The notes: generated from the sequence alone by a model not told the origin. A DNA stretch of 64,000 nt from Minisyncoccia bacterium (GCA_049997815.1 JBEKVQ010000006.1:2613-66612); one strand, 5' to 3'; positions 9,238-19,021 are shown, counted from the first letter of the stretch. Made by a program: numbers and translations.

Positions 9238-10907
9238 ACTCTGAGACCAGAAATTGCCAAAATTGCAAACAGCCGTTCAAGATAGAATCGGAAGATTTTG
9301 GGTTTTATGAAAAAATGGGCGTGTTGCCGCCGGTTTTGTGTCCGGATTGCCGGATGAAACGGAGATTGGTCTGGAGGAACGAGCGCACGCTTTACAAGCG
9401 TACTTGTGACTTATGTAAGAAATCGATCGTCTCAGTTCATCATCCTAATTACCCATCTCCGGTGTACTGCGTTAAGTGCCATCATTCAGACAATTGGGAC
9501 CCGTATTCTTTCGGGGTCGCCTATGATCCCAGCCGTCCATTTTTCGATCAGTTCAAAGAACTTTTACTACGGATTCCAAAAGCAGCCACCCATCACGGCA
9601 CTGCCGATGGTTCCCCCAACGTAAACAGCGAATACGTAAATTTCGCCGGCGGGAACAAGGATTGCTATCTCATTTTTAACTCAAGCGTGAGTGAAAATTG
9701 CAGCTATTCACGAGGACTCATTAATTGTCGTGATACCATGGATTCCTATTTTGCCGACCAGGTAGAACGCTGCTACGAAGGAGTGAACATCAATAAGAGT
9801 AATTCGGTGATTTATGGCCAAGATGTTTTTGATTCCATGGATTCCATGTTCCTCCTGAATTGCGTGGGTGTTCAGCATTGCTTTGGTTGTGTTAATTTGA
9901 GGCACAAGTCCTACCATTTTTTCAACGAGCCATTGTCCAAGGACGAATGGGAAAAACGAGTTGGAGAGATCCGAGGTAGTCACCAAAAGACGAAAGAAGC
10001 AAGAAGGCGCTTTGAAGTTTTTGCGCTTACCATGCCGCGCAAAGAGAATAACAATATGAAATCAGTGAACTGTTCGGGTGATTATATTTTTGAATCGAAG
10101 GGCTGTTCCTCGTGTTTTGAAATATTCGCTTCGGAAAACTGCAAATACGGATTTTCCGTGAAACTTGCAAATGATTGCTACGATTTAGTTGGTCGCGGGC
10201 ACAAATCGGAATTGCTCTTGGAAGGCGTTGGAGTTGGCCACGGTTGTTCTCGTGTTATCGGTTCATGGGTGGCTGAAGTATCGCACGATGTTGAATATTC
10301 TTATGATGTTCGTTCTTGCGAGTATTGCTTTGGGTGCGCGGCCTTAAGGCACGCCCGTTTTTGTATTTTTAACAGGCAGTATTCGGAAAAAGAATATAAA
10401 AAAATAAGAGAAGATATTGTCTCCCATATGAAACAGGGGGGTTCGTACGGGATGTACTTTCCGCCCGCACTTTCTCCCTGGGCATACAATGAAACACTGG
10501 CGCAGGAAAATTTTCCTCTCACCAAAGAAACGGCCGTAACCAGCGGGTTTCGTTGGGAAGAAGGCATACCACGGACGAAGGGGAAGGAAACGTTATTGCC
10601 GGAACAAATCCCAGACAACATAAAAGACGTTTCGGACTCGATTCTTAATGAAACTCTGAAGTGCATTTCCTGCGGCCACAATTATCGTTTAACTCCCGCC
10701 GAGTTTGCTTTATATCGCGAGCTTCTCGTGCCTGTGCCGCGGGAGTGTTTTGACTGTCGCTATCTAGACCGTATCCGCCGCAGAGGACCGATCAAGCTTT
10801 ATGTTCGGAAATGCGCTAAGTGCGGTAAATCGATTAATACCACCTTTGCTCCCGACCGGCCTGAAATCATCTACTGCGAGCAGTGTTATCAAGCGGAGGT
10901 GGTTTGA
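9234..10907 (+). CDS. Cys-rich zinc-ribbon repeat protein, family copy 4 (~557 aa; shorter, variant C-terminal module)
   Basis: ATGA overlap with the copy 3 stop. N-term MNSETRNCQNCKQPFKIESEDFGFYEKMGVLPPVLCPDCR. Ends KCAKCGKSINTTFAPDRPEIIYCEQCYQAEVV and lacks the CQCAG...NEFETSY segment. Confidence 0.7.
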   Translation: MNSETRNCQNCKQPFKIESEDFGFYEKMGVLPPVLCPDCRMKRRLVWRNERTLYKRTCDLCKKSIVSVHHPNYPSPVYCVKCHHSDNWDPYSFGVAYDPSRPFFDQFKELLLRIPKAATHHGTADGSPNVNSEYVNFAGGNKDCYLIFNSSVSENCSYSRGLINCRDTMDSYFADQVERCYEGVNINKSNSVIYGQDVFDSMDSMFLLNCVGVQHCFGCVNLRHKSYHFFNEPLSKDEWEKRVGEIRGSHQKTKEARRRFEVFALTMPRKENNNMKSVNCSGDYIFESKGCSSCFEIFASENCKYGFSVKLANDCYDLVGRGHKSELLLEGVGVGHGCSRVIGSWVAEVSHDVEYSYDVRSCEYCFGCAALRHARFCIFNRQYSEKEYKKIREDIVSHMKQGGSYGMYFPPALSPWAYNETLAQENFPLTKETAVTSGFRWEEGIPRTKGKETLLPEQIPDNIKDVSDSILNETLKCISCGHNYRLTPAEFALYRELLVPVPRECFDCRYLDRIRRRGPIKLYVRKCAKCGKSINTTFAPDRPEIIYCEQCYQAEVV

Positions 10908-10977
10908 TCTAGCCGCCAGTCCTAATATAGGACTGGTAAGGATATTGTTTGGAATTTGGAAGAAGAACCGGCGGTTC

Positions 10978-12270
10978 ATGTGGATTACTGTACTGTCGCT
11001 ATTTGTTTTGGTCGGCTCTTTATATTCCTCGGCTTTCAGTGAGAATTTCGCGCAAAAATTCGTTCCTGAAGACAAAACCGTGAATTTTCAGGGACTGGTA
11101 CTGAACAACCCCGCGCCAATAGGGAACTACCAAAATCTTTACATTCGGACGAAACTCTCCGGAGCCGATGTTGAAATCCTAGTAAAAGCGCCGCGCTATC
11201 CGGAATTCCATTACGGCGACTGGGTGCTTATAAACGGCGCGGTAAAAAAGCTGGAACCGGAAAGCTACGCGCAATATCTCGCGAAAGAGGGGATAAGCGC
11301 CGTAGTGTCATATCCCAAGACGGAATTGGTTGCAGCGAATAAAGGCTCGCCGATAAAAGCATTTCTCTTCAATTTCAAGAATTCCGTCGTGGATAACTTT
11401 GGGAAAGTTCTGCCGTCCGAGGAATCCGCCTTTCTTTCCGGGTTGGTTTTGGGCGAGCGGAGCGATTTTTCGCCGGAATTCAAAACGGCGATGCAGACCT
11501 CCGGAACGACGCATCTCGTGGCGCTTTCGGGATATAACGTGACGATAGTCGTCACTTACGCGATGCTCTTGTTCGCTATGTTTTTCAGGAAGAAAGTATC
11601 GCTCACGCTCACGTTTCTGTTCCTGCTTGGATTCGTCCTGATGACCGGGGCGGAGGCCTCCGTCGTGCGGGCGGCGATAATGGGTGCACTCGTCGTCATT
11701 GCGAAGGAGAGCGGAAGGATCTTCAACGTGCGGAACGCCATAACGCTGGCCGGTCTCGCAATGGTGCTCGTGAATCCCAAGGTCCTGATCTTCGATGCCG
11801 GTTTTGAACTGTCGTTTCTGGCGCTACTGGGGATAATTTATTTGGAACCGGCGCTCCGAAAAATATTCAAAATGAAAGAGGAGGCCGGAATCCTGTCTTG
11901 GAGAAGAAACCTGCTTACCACCGCTTCGGCTCAACTGATGGTTGTGCCGATACTGATACAAAGTTTCGGGAACTTTTCACCCGTATCGCTTCTATCGAAC
12001 GTTCTGATATTGGAACTCATTCCTTTCACGATGGCTCTCGGCTTCAGTATTGCGCTCGTTTCGGGCATTTCCTACTATCTCACGCTCGTTGCGGGCTGGT
12101 TCGTTTGGCCGTTCCTGAAAATCGAGACCTGGCTCATTAGGTTCTTCGGCGGTTTCGGCATATCTCTGAATTTATCGTTGAGCTGGTTCCTGATACTGTT
12201 TTATTATGCTGCTCTTATCTTTTTCATCGTCTATGTAAATAGAAGAGCGAGAAAAATGTATGTTGCGTGA
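10978..12270 (+). CDS. comEC: ComEC/Rec2-family competence membrane channel domain protein
   Basis: Multiple TM helices. HLVALSGYNVTIV matches the ComEC HLxAISGxH motif. Start chosen at MWITVL (10978) rather than 10801, which overlaps the upstream gene by 107 bp. Confidence 0.65.
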   Translation: MWITVLSLFVLVGSLYSSAFSENFAQKFVPEDKTVNFQGLVLNNPAPIGNYQNLYIRTKLSGADVEILVKAPRYPEFHYGDWVLINGAVKKLEPESYAQYLAKEGISAVVSYPKTELVAANKGSPIKAFLFNFKNSVVDNFGKVLPSEESAFLSGLVLGERSDFSPEFKTAMQTSGTTHLVALSGYNVTIVVTYAMLLFAMFFRKKVSLTLTFLFLLGFVLMTGAEASVVRAAIMGALVVIAKESGRIFNVRNAITLAGLAMVLVNPKVLIFDAGFELSFLALLGIIYLEPALRKIFKMKEEAGILSWRRNLLTTASAQLMVVPILIQSFGNFSPVSLLSNVLILELIPFTMALGFSIALVSGISYYLTLVAGWFVWPFLKIETWLIRFFGGFGISLNLSLSWFLILFYYAALIFFIVYVNRRARKMYVA

Positions 12271-13141
12271 ATATATCCGAAATTTAATAGAGAACAATTT
12301 TAAAAAGGCGGTTTTTTGGCTCACGCTGTTTTTCGTTCTGGATATCATCGTATTCCGGCAGATTGCCGGTGGCGTGGCGGTAAAAGATAAGCTGGCGCTC
12401 TATTTTTTGCCGGTAGGGCAAGGGGATAGTGAACTTGCGGTTTTGCCCGGCGGAGTAAAAATACTTATCGACGGCGGTCCGCCGGATTCGCTTGTGTTGG
12501 CGAACCTGGATAAAGTTCTTTCGCCGCGCGACCGCTATATTGACCTCGTGATTTCAACTCATCCCCAGCAGGACCATTTTGGGGGATTGATAGAAGTTTT
12601 GAGACGTTATAAGGTCGGTACGTTCGTCTGGAACGGAGAGGTTGGCACTAACCCGGCGATGAATGATTTGCTTGCGCTCATTAAAGAAAATAACGTGCCT
12701 ATGGTTACGCTTGTGGCGGGAGACAAGATAATTTACGGAGAAAGCGAAACTGATGTCTTGTCACCTGTTTCGGGAGTGAAAGTTGATATAAACGAGGATG
12801 CGCTTGTCCTGGCACTTCAAAGCGGAGACACGAAAACGCTCTTCACGAGCGATGTCGGGGCAAAGACGGAGACGAGTATATTGAATTCTTATGCTGGACC
12901 CATAGATATCCTGAAGGTTGGCCATCACGGTTCTAAATTCTCTTCGTCGGCAAATTTCTTGAATATCCTAAGACCTAAGGTGGCGGTGATAGAGGTGGGG
13001 AAGAACAGTTACGGCCATCCGACGCCGGAGGTTCTAAATCGGCTCGCGGATATTGGTGCGCAAATTTTTCGCACCGACCAGGACGGACTCATAAAATTCG
13101 AGCCGGCGGGTGGAGCGCTCAAAATCTTCAAGGTTTTATAA
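12260..13141 (+). CDS. Metallo-beta-lactamase-fold domain protein (ComEC C-terminal MBL domain encoded separately)
   Basis: LPVGQGDSELAV...IDGGP, HPQQDHFGG and VGHHGS motifs. Overlaps the comEC end by 11 bp. Confidence 0.65.
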   Translation: MLREYIRNLIENNFKKAVFWLTLFFVLDIIVFRQIAGGVAVKDKLALYFLPVGQGDSELAVLPGGVKILIDGGPPDSLVLANLDKVLSPRDRYIDLVISTHPQQDHFGGLIEVLRRYKVGTFVWNGEVGTNPAMNDLLALIKENNVPMVTLVAGDKIIYGESETDVLSPVSGVKVDINEDALVLALQSGDTKTLFTSDVGAKTETSILNSYAGPIDILKVGHHGSKFSSSANFLNILRPKVAVIEVGKNSYGHPTPEVLNRLADIGAQIFRTDQDGLIKFEPAGGALKIFKVL

Positions 13142-13218
13142 TTGACACAGTCTGGTAAATAGATTAGTTTCTTCGTAGTAGCCAACCGAATTTTCCAATC
13201 AAATAAAGAGGTATCCTG

Positions 13219-13545
13219 ATGAAGATAGAACGTTTACACGGCACCACCAAGCAAACCGCCATTCAGAAGATTGATCAGTTTCTGGATGATTTAATGAAGC
13301 GCCGGTTCGAAGAAGTTGAAATCTCAAATCCTCGAAAGGAATGGAACGGAAACGTAATGGAATTTTCTTTCCATGTTTCGAAGGGCATGAAATATACCAA
13401 TATCCGGGGAAACGTTACGGTCACCGAAACGAGCGTCCGACTTGAAGCCAAGATGGGCATAATCGCACGCCAGTTTGTGTCGGAGGATCTTATCAGTAAG
13501 ACCATCAACGAACAATTCGAGAAATTGTTCTTTTTGAACGGCTGA
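13219..13545 (+). CDS. Hypothetical small protein (108 aa)
   Basis: Good SD (AAAGAGG) 7 nt upstream. No recognisable motif. Confidence 0.4.
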   Translation: MKIERLHGTTKQTAIQKIDQFLDDLMKRRFEEVEISNPRKEWNGNVMEFSFHVSKGMKYTNIRGNVTVTETSVRLEAKMGIIARQFVSEDLISKTINEQFEKLFFLNG

Positions 13546-13564
13546 TCCGAGCCGAGTCTAGGAA

Positions 13565-13603
13565 GGGTCGCATCTTTTAATTGAGATGCGGCCCTTTTGT
13601 TTG
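13565..13603 (+). terminator. Rho-independent terminator
   Basis: GGGTCGCATCT-loop-AGATGCGGCCC followed by TTTTGTTTG. Confidence 0.55.
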
Positions 13604-13641
13604 TCTTAGCGGCATTTTTTGTGTAAGATAATCTTATTCAT

Positions 13642-15036
13642 ATGCGAACATTAGTGGCGGAAATCGCGGAAAAAGAAGGAAAAGAAGTGGAGCTCATGGG
13701 CTGGGTGGACGTCCGGCGCGACCACGGGAAGCTCATCTTCATTGACCTGCGGGACCGGAGCGGAATAGCCCAGGTCGTTTTCTTTCCGAAAGACAAAGAG
13801 ATGTATGCCATGGCGGAAAAATTGCGTTCCGAGTGGGTAGTTAAAATAAAAGGGAAGGTTGGCAAGCGTCCGGCGGGAATGGATAATCCGAAAATTCCGA
13901 GCGGAGAGCACGAAGTGCCGGCGGAGAGCTTAGAAGTTCTGGCCGAGGCCAAGACGCCGCCCTTCGATATCGGTACGGATGGCCGGGAGATAAGCGAAGA
14001 AGTACGGATGAAATATCGCTATCTGGACTTGCGCCGCTCGCGGCTTCAGAAGAATATCCGCAATCGCCACAAGCTCATCAAATTCATCCGGGATTATTTG
14101 GATAAGGAGGATTTCACCGAAATAGAAACGCCGATACTCACGAAATCCACGCCCGAGGGCGCGCGGGACTACATAGTTCCTTCCCGTTTGTATCCGGGCA
14201 AGTTTTACGCCTTACCTCAGGCGCCCCAGCAGTACAAGCAGCTTTTGATGGTGGCCGGAATGGAAAGATATTTCCAGATAGCGCGGTGCTTTCGCGACGA
14301 AGATACGCGCGGAGACCGCCAGCCAGAGTTCACCCAACTGGACTTGGAGATGAGCTTCGTCGATAGGGAGGACGTGATGAATTTGAATGAAGAACTGCTT
14401 ATCGCGCTGGTCAAAAAGCTCTATCCGGAAAAGAAAATCCATAAAGTTCCCTTTCCTCGGATGAGTTATGCCGAAGCAATGGAGGAATATGGTACCGACC
14501 GGCCGGATTTGCGGAGCAATAAGAGTGACCTCAACGAACTGGCTTTTTGTTGGATAATCGATTTCCCGTTCTTTGAGAAGGCCGATGGCGGCGGCTGGAC
14601 CTTTACCCACAATCCTTTTTCCGCCCCGAAGCCGGAATTCATGAAGGACCTGATGGCGAAGAAGAATATCCCAGGAATACTCACGAGCCAGTATGACGTT
14701 GTCGTAAACGGCTGGGAAATCGGCGGGGGAAGCATCCGGAACCACACGTCCGAGGCACTCGAGAAGGTTTTTGAGATAATGGGTTTCAAACCGGAGAAGA
14801 TTAAAAATAATTTCGGGCATATGCTCGAAGCTTTCGAGTTCGGCGCGCCGCCGCACGGCGGCATCGCTTGGGGATTGGACCGGCTCGCAATGATACTGGA
14901 GAACGAACCGAATATCCGAGAGGTTATCACCTTCCCGAAGACCGGTGACGGAAGGGACCTAATGATGGACGGCCCGTCGGAGGTTTCCAAGGAACAACTG
15001 AAAGAACTTCACATTAAGGTGGAGAAAGAGAAATGA
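13642..15036 (+). CDS. aspS: Aspartyl-tRNA synthetase, bacterial-type core but lacking the GAD insertion domain (464 aa)
   Basis: GKFYALPQAPQQYKQLLM. Class II motif 2 FRDEDTRGDRQPEFTQLDLEMSF. Motif 3 GGIAWGLDRLAMIL. TDRPDLR is followed directly by the catalytic-core continuation. Confidence 0.85.
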   Translation: MRTLVAEIAEKEGKEVELMGWVDVRRDHGKLIFIDLRDRSGIAQVVFFPKDKEMYAMAEKLRSEWVVKIKGKVGKRPAGMDNPKIPSGEHEVPAESLEVLAEAKTPPFDIGTDGREISEEVRMKYRYLDLRRSRLQKNIRNRHKLIKFIRDYLDKEDFTEIETPILTKSTPEGARDYIVPSRLYPGKFYALPQAPQQYKQLLMVAGMERYFQIARCFRDEDTRGDRQPEFTQLDLEMSFVDREDVMNLNEELLIALVKKLYPEKKIHKVPFPRMSYAEAMEEYGTDRPDLRSNKSDLNELAFCWIIDFPFFEKADGGGWTFTHNPFSAPKPEFMKDLMAKKNIPGILTSQYDVVVNGWEIGGGSIRNHTSEALEKVFEIMGFKPEKIKNNFGHMLEAFEFGAPPHGGIAWGLDRLAMILENEPNIREVITFPKTGDGRDLMMDGPSEVSKEQLKELHIKVEKEK

Positions 15037-15482
15037 AAGAGTGGCCATCGGTACAAGGTGATAATCCGGAAGGGGAACGTGAAAAGCGTGAGTTGACGGA
15101 AGAGGAAAGAGAAAGTTTGCATTTTGCGCCTCAGGTTGAAGAAGGACCCAATGACCCAGACTCATCGCTAGAAAAAATCGACATATTTCTTGGAGAGGAA
15201 AAAATAGGAGGAGGCTCATTCATTCCCGATAGAAAAGAAGGAGGCGTCACTCAATTTCAGGGGTTGGAGATATTGCCGGAGTATCGAGGGATGGGCATTG
15301 GGAAGGAAGTGTACCGCAAATTGAACGAGGATGCGAAGAAACGCGGGCAGGTTCTGACCTCAGATATAATAGTTTCTGATGATGCCAAAAGGGTTTGGGA
15401 ATCGCTCGTAAGGAGCGGTGAGGCGGAGAAGTTGGGTGAGGGTATTTATCGTTTTAAGAGAGAAGAAAAAAAGGAAGAATAA
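15033..15482 (+). CDS. Small GNAT-family acetyltransferase-like protein
   Basis: ILPEYRGMGIGKEVY resembles GNAT motif A. ATGA overlap with the aspS stop. Confidence 0.5.
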   Translation: MKEWPSVQGDNPEGEREKRELTEEERESLHFAPQVEEGPNDPDSSLEKIDIFLGEEKIGGGSFIPDRKEGGVTQFQGLEILPEYRGMGIGKEVYRKLNEDAKKRGQVLTSDIIVSDDAKRVWESLVRSGEAEKLGEGIYRFKREEKKEE

Positions 15483-15485
15483 AAA

Positions 15486-16559
15486 ATGAAAGATTATCAA
15501 TTTCCGCTGTTTAAAACAAAAATAGACAGCGTTGGGCAGAAATTCTCTCTGGACGACCCGATAGAGAGGAAAAAATATTTCACGCTGAAAGTCGGTCCCG
15601 AAATAGAAAAAATAAAGGAGTATCTGAGAGAAAATACGTTTGTCGGAATCCTTTTGGGAAAGAAAAATTCCGGTAAGGGAACCTATGCCAAGCTTTTCGC
15701 GGAAGCGATAGGCCCGGAACATATTCGCCATATATCGGTAGGCGACATTGTGAGAGCGGCCCATGAGGATTTAGGGGATAGCGGAAAGAAGGAAGAATTG
15801 AGGGAATATCTGAAAAACAAATACCGGGGTTCAACGTCACTTGATGAGGCGATAGATTCGCTCTTAGGCAGGTCCACTTCTTCTTTATTGCCGACCGAAC
15901 TTATTCTCGCGCTGGTTGAAAAGGAAATATCGAAGAGCGAGCATAAGGCCATTTTCATAGACGGTTTTCCCAGAAGTTTGGACCAGATATCCTATTCACT
16001 TTATTTTCGGGAACTGATGGGATACCGCAACGACCCGGACTTTTTCGTTTTTATAGACCTGCCGGAGCCGATCATCGACGAAAGAATGAAATATCGGGTA
16101 ATTTGTCCGGTTTGCAAGACCCCCCGGAATCCGAAACTTCTACGCACCAAAGAGATAGAGTACGAACCCAAGGAGAATAAGTTCTATTTGATATGCGATA
16201 ATCCCGCTTGTGGCCATCAGAGAATGGTGCCTAAAGAAGGTGATGAGTTGGGGATTGAAGCCGTCCGGGACAGGATTGAGGTCGACGAGGCCGTCATGAA
16301 GGCATTATTGAACATGCAGGGAGTGCCGAAAGTATATTTGAGGAATGCAATTCCGGTTTCAGTTGCGAAAGAGTACGTTGATGACTACGAAATTACCCCC
16401 GGCTACAGATATGAATGGGACGCTAAGGCCGGGAAGGTCAATGTTTTCGAAGAGCCGTGGACGATCAAGGATGACGACGGAAATCCATCGTACAGCCTTA
16501 TGCCGACGCCGATAGTCGTTTCGTTCATTTCGCAGGTCGCGAAGATACTGAACCTTTAG
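15486..16559 (+). CDS. Adenylate-kinase-family protein, atypically long (357 aa)
   Basis: P-loop GKKNSGKGTYAKLFAEAIGPEHIRHISVGDIVR parallels AK GxxGxGKGTQ...HISTGDMLR. LID-like CPVCKTPRNPK...CDNPACGH has four Cys. There are about 140 extra residues. Confidence 0.5.
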   Translation: MKDYQFPLFKTKIDSVGQKFSLDDPIERKKYFTLKVGPEIEKIKEYLRENTFVGILLGKKNSGKGTYAKLFAEAIGPEHIRHISVGDIVRAAHEDLGDSGKKEELREYLKNKYRGSTSLDEAIDSLLGRSTSSLLPTELILALVEKEISKSEHKAIFIDGFPRSLDQISYSLYFRELMGYRNDPDFFVFIDLPEPIIDERMKYRVICPVCKTPRNPKLLRTKEIEYEPKENKFYLICDNPACGHQRMVPKEGDELGIEAVRDRIEVDEAVMKALLNMQGVPKVYLRNAIPVSVAKEYVDDYEITPGYRYEWDAKAGKVNVFEEPWTIKDDDGNPSYSLMPTPIVVSFISQVAKILNL

Positions 16560-16562
16560 TTT

Positions 16563-17039
16563 ATGGAAAACAAAAAAGACCCGCGGCTTCACATGGTTGC
16601 CATTACCGGCATCATTGAAAAGGATGGCAAGTATTTGATTTTGAAGAGAGCGGAAACGGAAGTGGCTTACCCGGGATATTGGACAGTCCCTGGCGGGAAA
16701 TTGGTGCGCCATGAATACGAAACGCTTCCAAAAACCCCGAATACCGATGATTGGTACAATATCGTCGCCTTTACTCTGAAAAAAGAGATAAAAGAAGAAG
16801 CGGGCCTGGAAGTAGAAAATGTACAGTATTTGACGGACATGACCTTCATCCGGCCGGACGATATACCGGCTTTGGTTTTATCCTACTGGTGTAAATATAA
16901 GAGCGGGGAAGTGATGTTGGGTAAGGATTTGGTAGATTCGGCCTGGATAAAGCCAGAAGAAGGCAAAAATTACAAGATGATTCCCGGAATTTTGGAAGAG
17001 ATTGAAACGGTGGATCGCTTAGTCAAGGGGAAATCATAG
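16563..17039 (+). CDS. NUDIX hydrolase
   Basis: VPGGKLVRHE....KKEIKEEAGLEV is a Nudix-box-like GGxxE...REx2EExG. Confidence 0.6.
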   Translation: MENKKDPRLHMVAITGIIEKDGKYLILKRAETEVAYPGYWTVPGGKLVRHEYETLPKTPNTDDWYNIVAFTLKKEIKEEAGLEVENVQYLTDMTFIRPDDIPALVLSYWCKYKSGEVMLGKDLVDSAWIKPEEGKNYKMIPGILEEIETVDRLVKGKS

Positions 17040-17311
17040 GGTCTCGGCAATTCTTCACTTTTCTCTCTTTCTGTCAATTTTTTATGCACAGAGCCCGATT
17101 TGTGCCCGCCGGGGCGGGCGTATAATTAATGGTGATCCTGCTCGTTAGATTCCGGATCAAATAATCCTTACCAGGGGTGTCAAAATGTTCCGATTCGACA
17201 GAGAATTAATTTTTTCTTAAGTCTCGGAACTAGACAATACCCACTTTGGCCAATGCCGGGATTAATCTAGGAGCGGGATTTGCGTTTTTATAAGGCCTTG
17301 TTATCATTCAA

Positions 17312-17731
17312 ATGATGAAATTTTCCTTAGTGCTCTTGATTCTCGCGAGCTTTCTGGCCATCAGTGTTTTTGGTTTCGTGGGCTTGAGCGAGATGCACAA
17401 GCAGATGGGGGATAATTGTGCGGGAAGCACTTCGCAGGGCGTTACTTGCCCGGTTAAGGACGGTGTTTTCGCTTTTGCTCTCTTTCATTTAAGAACACTT
17501 CAGGGACTCAGCCAATCCAGTTTCTCCAACATACCGCCGATATTTTTGCTTGCGGTTCTAATGCTCGCATTCGCCATTGCCCTTGCCGTTTTCGCGGACT
17601 CATCGGGAATTTTTTCGAGCCAAAGCTATTTCAAGAAGAATTATGAAGATAGGGTTCGCGATGTCGGGTCCAAAAAACTCTTTTGGCTCGCGCGTTTAGA
17701 GAATTCTCCCGCTGTCGTAAAAGGCGCCTAA
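17312..17731 (+). CDS. Hypothetical secreted/membrane protein with N-terminal signal peptide
   Basis: MMKFSLVLLILASFLAISVFGFVG signal-like N-terminus. A second hydrophobic segment is present. Confidence 0.4.
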   Translation: MMKFSLVLLILASFLAISVFGFVGLSEMHKQMGDNCAGSTSQGVTCPVKDGVFAFALFHLRTLQGLSQSSFSNIPPIFLLAVLMLAFAIALAVFADSSGIFSSQSYFKKNYEDRVRDVGSKKLFWLARLENSPAVVKGA

Positions 17732-17820
17732 CCGCCGGTTGCCGTCGAGCAATTTCGGTTCCGCGCCTCAATCCCTTTCATGGGATTTTTGTTATTTTGA
17801 CCAGTAGAAAATAAAAATTA

Positions 17821-18480
17821 ATGTTACCAATAGTTTTAGTCGCGGCGGCGATAGACAGCTTGAATCCCTGCGCTTTTTCGGTGCTGTTTCTCACCATTGC
17901 ATTCCTTTTCAGTCTGGGAAGAACGCGCTTGAACGTTCTCGTCGTTGGTGGGACTTTCATCTTCGGCATATTCCTGACGTATGTCCTGATCGGGCTCGGC
18001 ATTCTTCAGGCACTTACCGCCTTCGGAGTATCGGGCATCATCGCAAAAATCGGAGCTGTGCTTCTAATTATCTGGGGAGCACTAATTCTCGTGAACGAGT
18101 TTTTTCCGGCCTTCCCGATAAAGCTTAAGATGCCGGAATCGAGCCACAAGAAGATAGCGAAGTTGATGGAGAAAGCATCTTTGCCGGCGGCCTTCGTTCT
18201 GGGAATAATCGTCGGTCTCTATGAGTTCCCGTGCACCGGCGGTCCGTATCTTCTGGTCTTAAGCCTGCTCCATACTCGGGGTTATTTCTGGAGCGGCCTG
18301 GGATACCTCCTGCTCTACAACGTCGTATTCGTCTTGCCGCTCGTTATATTTCTGACCTTGGCCAGCAACCGGCAGATTTTGGACAAAATTCAGGAATGGC
18401 GCAAGAATAATATGAAAGGATTCAGAATTTGGGGAAGCTTGATTCTTATCCTCATGGGCTTTCTAATCTTTCTGACCTAA
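17821..18480 (+). CDS. ccdA: Cytochrome c-type biogenesis protein CcdA / DsbD-core transmembrane thiol-disulfide electron transporter
   Basis: DSLNPCAF in TM1 and EFPCTGGPYL in TM4, the two conserved Cys. Six TM helices. Confidence 0.75.
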   Translation: MLPIVLVAAAIDSLNPCAFSVLFLTIAFLFSLGRTRLNVLVVGGTFIFGIFLTYVLIGLGILQALTAFGVSGIIAKIGAVLLIIWGALILVNEFFPAFPIKLKMPESSHKKIAKLMEKASLPAAFVLGIIVGLYEFPCTGGPYLLVLSLLHTRGYFWSGLGYLLLYNVVFVLPLVIFLTLASNRQILDKIQEWRKNNMKGFRIWGSLILILMGFLIFLT

Positions 18481-18484
18481 AAAC

Positions 18485-19012
18485 ATGGAAAACATAAATT
18501 TTGGGGAGTTAATGAAAAAGGTGGCCGAACTCAAAAAAGGGGGCAAGTTCGACCTGTCGCTCGATGAGGATCTGAGTATCGCGGTCATGAATCTGGTCAG
18601 TCTGGAAGAGCATTTCTTCTTCACGGCCGAAAAGACTAAGAAGGATGAATATCTGGATTGGCTCCGCGATACGCGGGAGATGAGGAAACAATTGCTTGAG
18701 AAACTAATAGACAAACACGAGGGGGAAACCTGGTGCGTTTCTAAACACCTGCTTGCGGCCTCGATGCGGTTAATGGAAGTGGGGACGAAGCTTGAAGGCG
18801 CCGGAAAGCGGGGGGAAGCCAAGAAAATGTTTGACGGTGCCTACAAACTGTATGCGTTGTTTTGGAGTTTGCGGCTGAAACTCTTGAATACGAAAGGATT
18901 GAAGAAAATAGGAGATGATAAATTGAACATTCATGACGAAAAAGGAAACGGCGGGAAACCGTGGAAGTTCGAGGATATCGTGAGCAAATTAGTCGATTGT
19001 TGCAAAGAGTAA
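18485..19012 (+). CDS. Hypothetical protein (175 aa)
   Basis: ORF only. Sits between ccdA and the thioredoxin-like gene. Confidence 0.35.
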   Translation: MENINFGELMKKVAELKKGGKFDLSLDEDLSIAVMNLVSLEEHFFFTAEKTKKDEYLDWLRDTREMRKQLLEKLIDKHEGETWCVSKHLLAASMRLMEVGTKLEGAGKRGEAKKMFDGAYKLYALFWSLRLKLLNTKGLKKIGDDKLNIHDEKGNGGKPWKFEDIVSKLVDCCKE

Positions 19013-19021
19013 AATAAAAAT

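Noticed and set aside
10801-10977. Upstream extension of comEC ORF starting at 10801
   Set aside because: It overlaps the 3' end of family copy 4 by 107 bp in another frame. An internal ATG at 10978 precedes the first TM helix.
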